This document shows, piece after piece, positions 63,243 through 64,000 of a stretch of DNA of 64,000 bases. The stretch comes from Candidatus Aenigmatarchaeota archaeon. Lineage in GTDB: Archaea > Aenigmatarchaeota > Aenigmatarchaeia > QMZP01 > QMZT01. The stretch covers positions 132,183 through 196,182 of the forward strand of contig JAFGCI010000001.1 in assembly GCA_016932735.1 (NCBI GenBank). Reading direction: 5' to 3'. The notes beneath the pieces were generated by a model. The model worked only from the letters and a program-made list of their open reading frames with translations. It made no database searches and was not told the origin of the DNA. Every line of letters starts with the position of its first letter. Position 1 is the first letter of the stretch. Position numbers and translations under genes: made by a program.

Positions 63243-64000
63243 ATGACACAAAAATTGACGGCACTGCCCGTACTGCTTTTGCTAGTAGCTTTTTTTGCAG
63301 TTCAGCCAGTACAGGCAGCAAATGGAGACGGCCTCGTTCTTTCGTATAAGCCAAATACGGTTTCTACGGGAACTGATGTCGTTCTTCAGGTTCAGTTCGT
63401 GAATGACGCAACCGACGGTTCGTGTCTTGATGAACTGATAGTCACTCCGCCAGCAACATGGGGAGGACAGGCAACACTCACAAAATATGACAGGTTGCCA
63501 TCTTTACCGGCATGGTCTAACGAAGCAGACTTAACATGCAACGCGCTTCAGACAGACCTTCAGTCAGTAAGGATTGTTCCAACTCATCCGATTTGCTCTG
63601 GAGAGACAGTGAACCTGGAGATTTCCGGTTTAGTCGCTCCTTCTGATTACGAAGTTTCTGAAATAAAGGTTCTGACATCTGATCAAAACGGCGGACCACC
63701 TTCGTGTATCAGGGCGGTAGCAGACACTATGGATGTCTATGTAACACATGCAATAAACCTGAAATTGGAATATTTCCACATAACAAATTTCTCACCGGCA
63801 GGATTCCAGGGTAGAGCATGGGGCGCATGGGCAAGGTTAGACGAGCTTCATCTGGATTCAGATGGCGGCACTCTGACAGTAACCATGGAAACCGGAACAA
63901 CTGATACGGTCATATATGGACCGACCGCACTTGCGGGAGGAGTAGAGACCATATCAATGGATTACACAGGATGGGACCCGTTGAGGAACACAGCAGACCT
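63243..64000 (+). CDS. Partial secreted protein (runs off the right edge)
   Basis: Not in the ORF track. GGGAGGTG SD, then MTQKLTALPVLLLLVAFFAVQPVQA-ANGDG (signal peptide with VQA cleavage site). The frame stays open through the part translated by hand. Confidence 0.8.
   Translation, partial: MTQKLTALPVLLLLVAFFAVQPVQAANGDGLVLSYKPNTVSTGTDVVLQVQFVNDATDGSCLDELIVTPPATWGGQATLTKYDRLPSLPAWSNEADLTCNALQTDLQSVRIVPTHPICSGETVNLEISGLVAPSDYEVSEIKVLTSDQNGGPPSCIRAVADTMDVYVTHAINLKLEYFHITNFSPAGFQGRAWGAWARLDELHLDSDGGTLTVTMETGTTDTVIYGPTALAGGVETISMDYTGWDPLRNTAD

Noticed and set aside
1-64000. Alternative genetic code or stop-codon readthrough
   Set aside because: Conserved genes translate full length in the standard archaeal code, with TAA, TAG and TGA all used as stops

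Overview
Archaeal chromosomal segment. Evidence: archaeal-type r-proteins, Rpo10/Rpo6, Spt5, aEF-2, pelota, aMBF1, PINA, TATA promoters and GGTGA-type SD motifs. Trimmed r-proteins, reshuffled informational operons, a double-Lrp regulator and giant Cys-rich surface proteins suggest a DPANN lineage, plausibly Aenigmarchaeota (inference, not tested). Contents: a 3484-aa Cys/Asp-repeat surface protein; a rearranged rpoN-secE-spt5-rpl11-PAC2-rpoK cluster ending in a catalytically degenerate enolase; housekeeping genes (hisS, pelota, nnrE, PINA, NAD kinase, glnA); a fused L4...S8-L30e-nusA-S12-S7-EF2 superoperon; a four-gene amidoligase/hydrolase operon; and several orphans. The most striking unannotated signal is at 54.66-55.85 kb: two tandem diverged units, each made of a TATA box, a leaderless 19-20 aa uORF ending Ser-Cys-stop, a conserved structured RNA leader, a GGAGG SD and a small paralogous protein. 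This looks like an undescribed leader-peptide translational switch. No tRNA, canonical rRNA, CRISPR array, transposase or integrase was recognised. All family calls come from motif recognition by eye; no searches were run.
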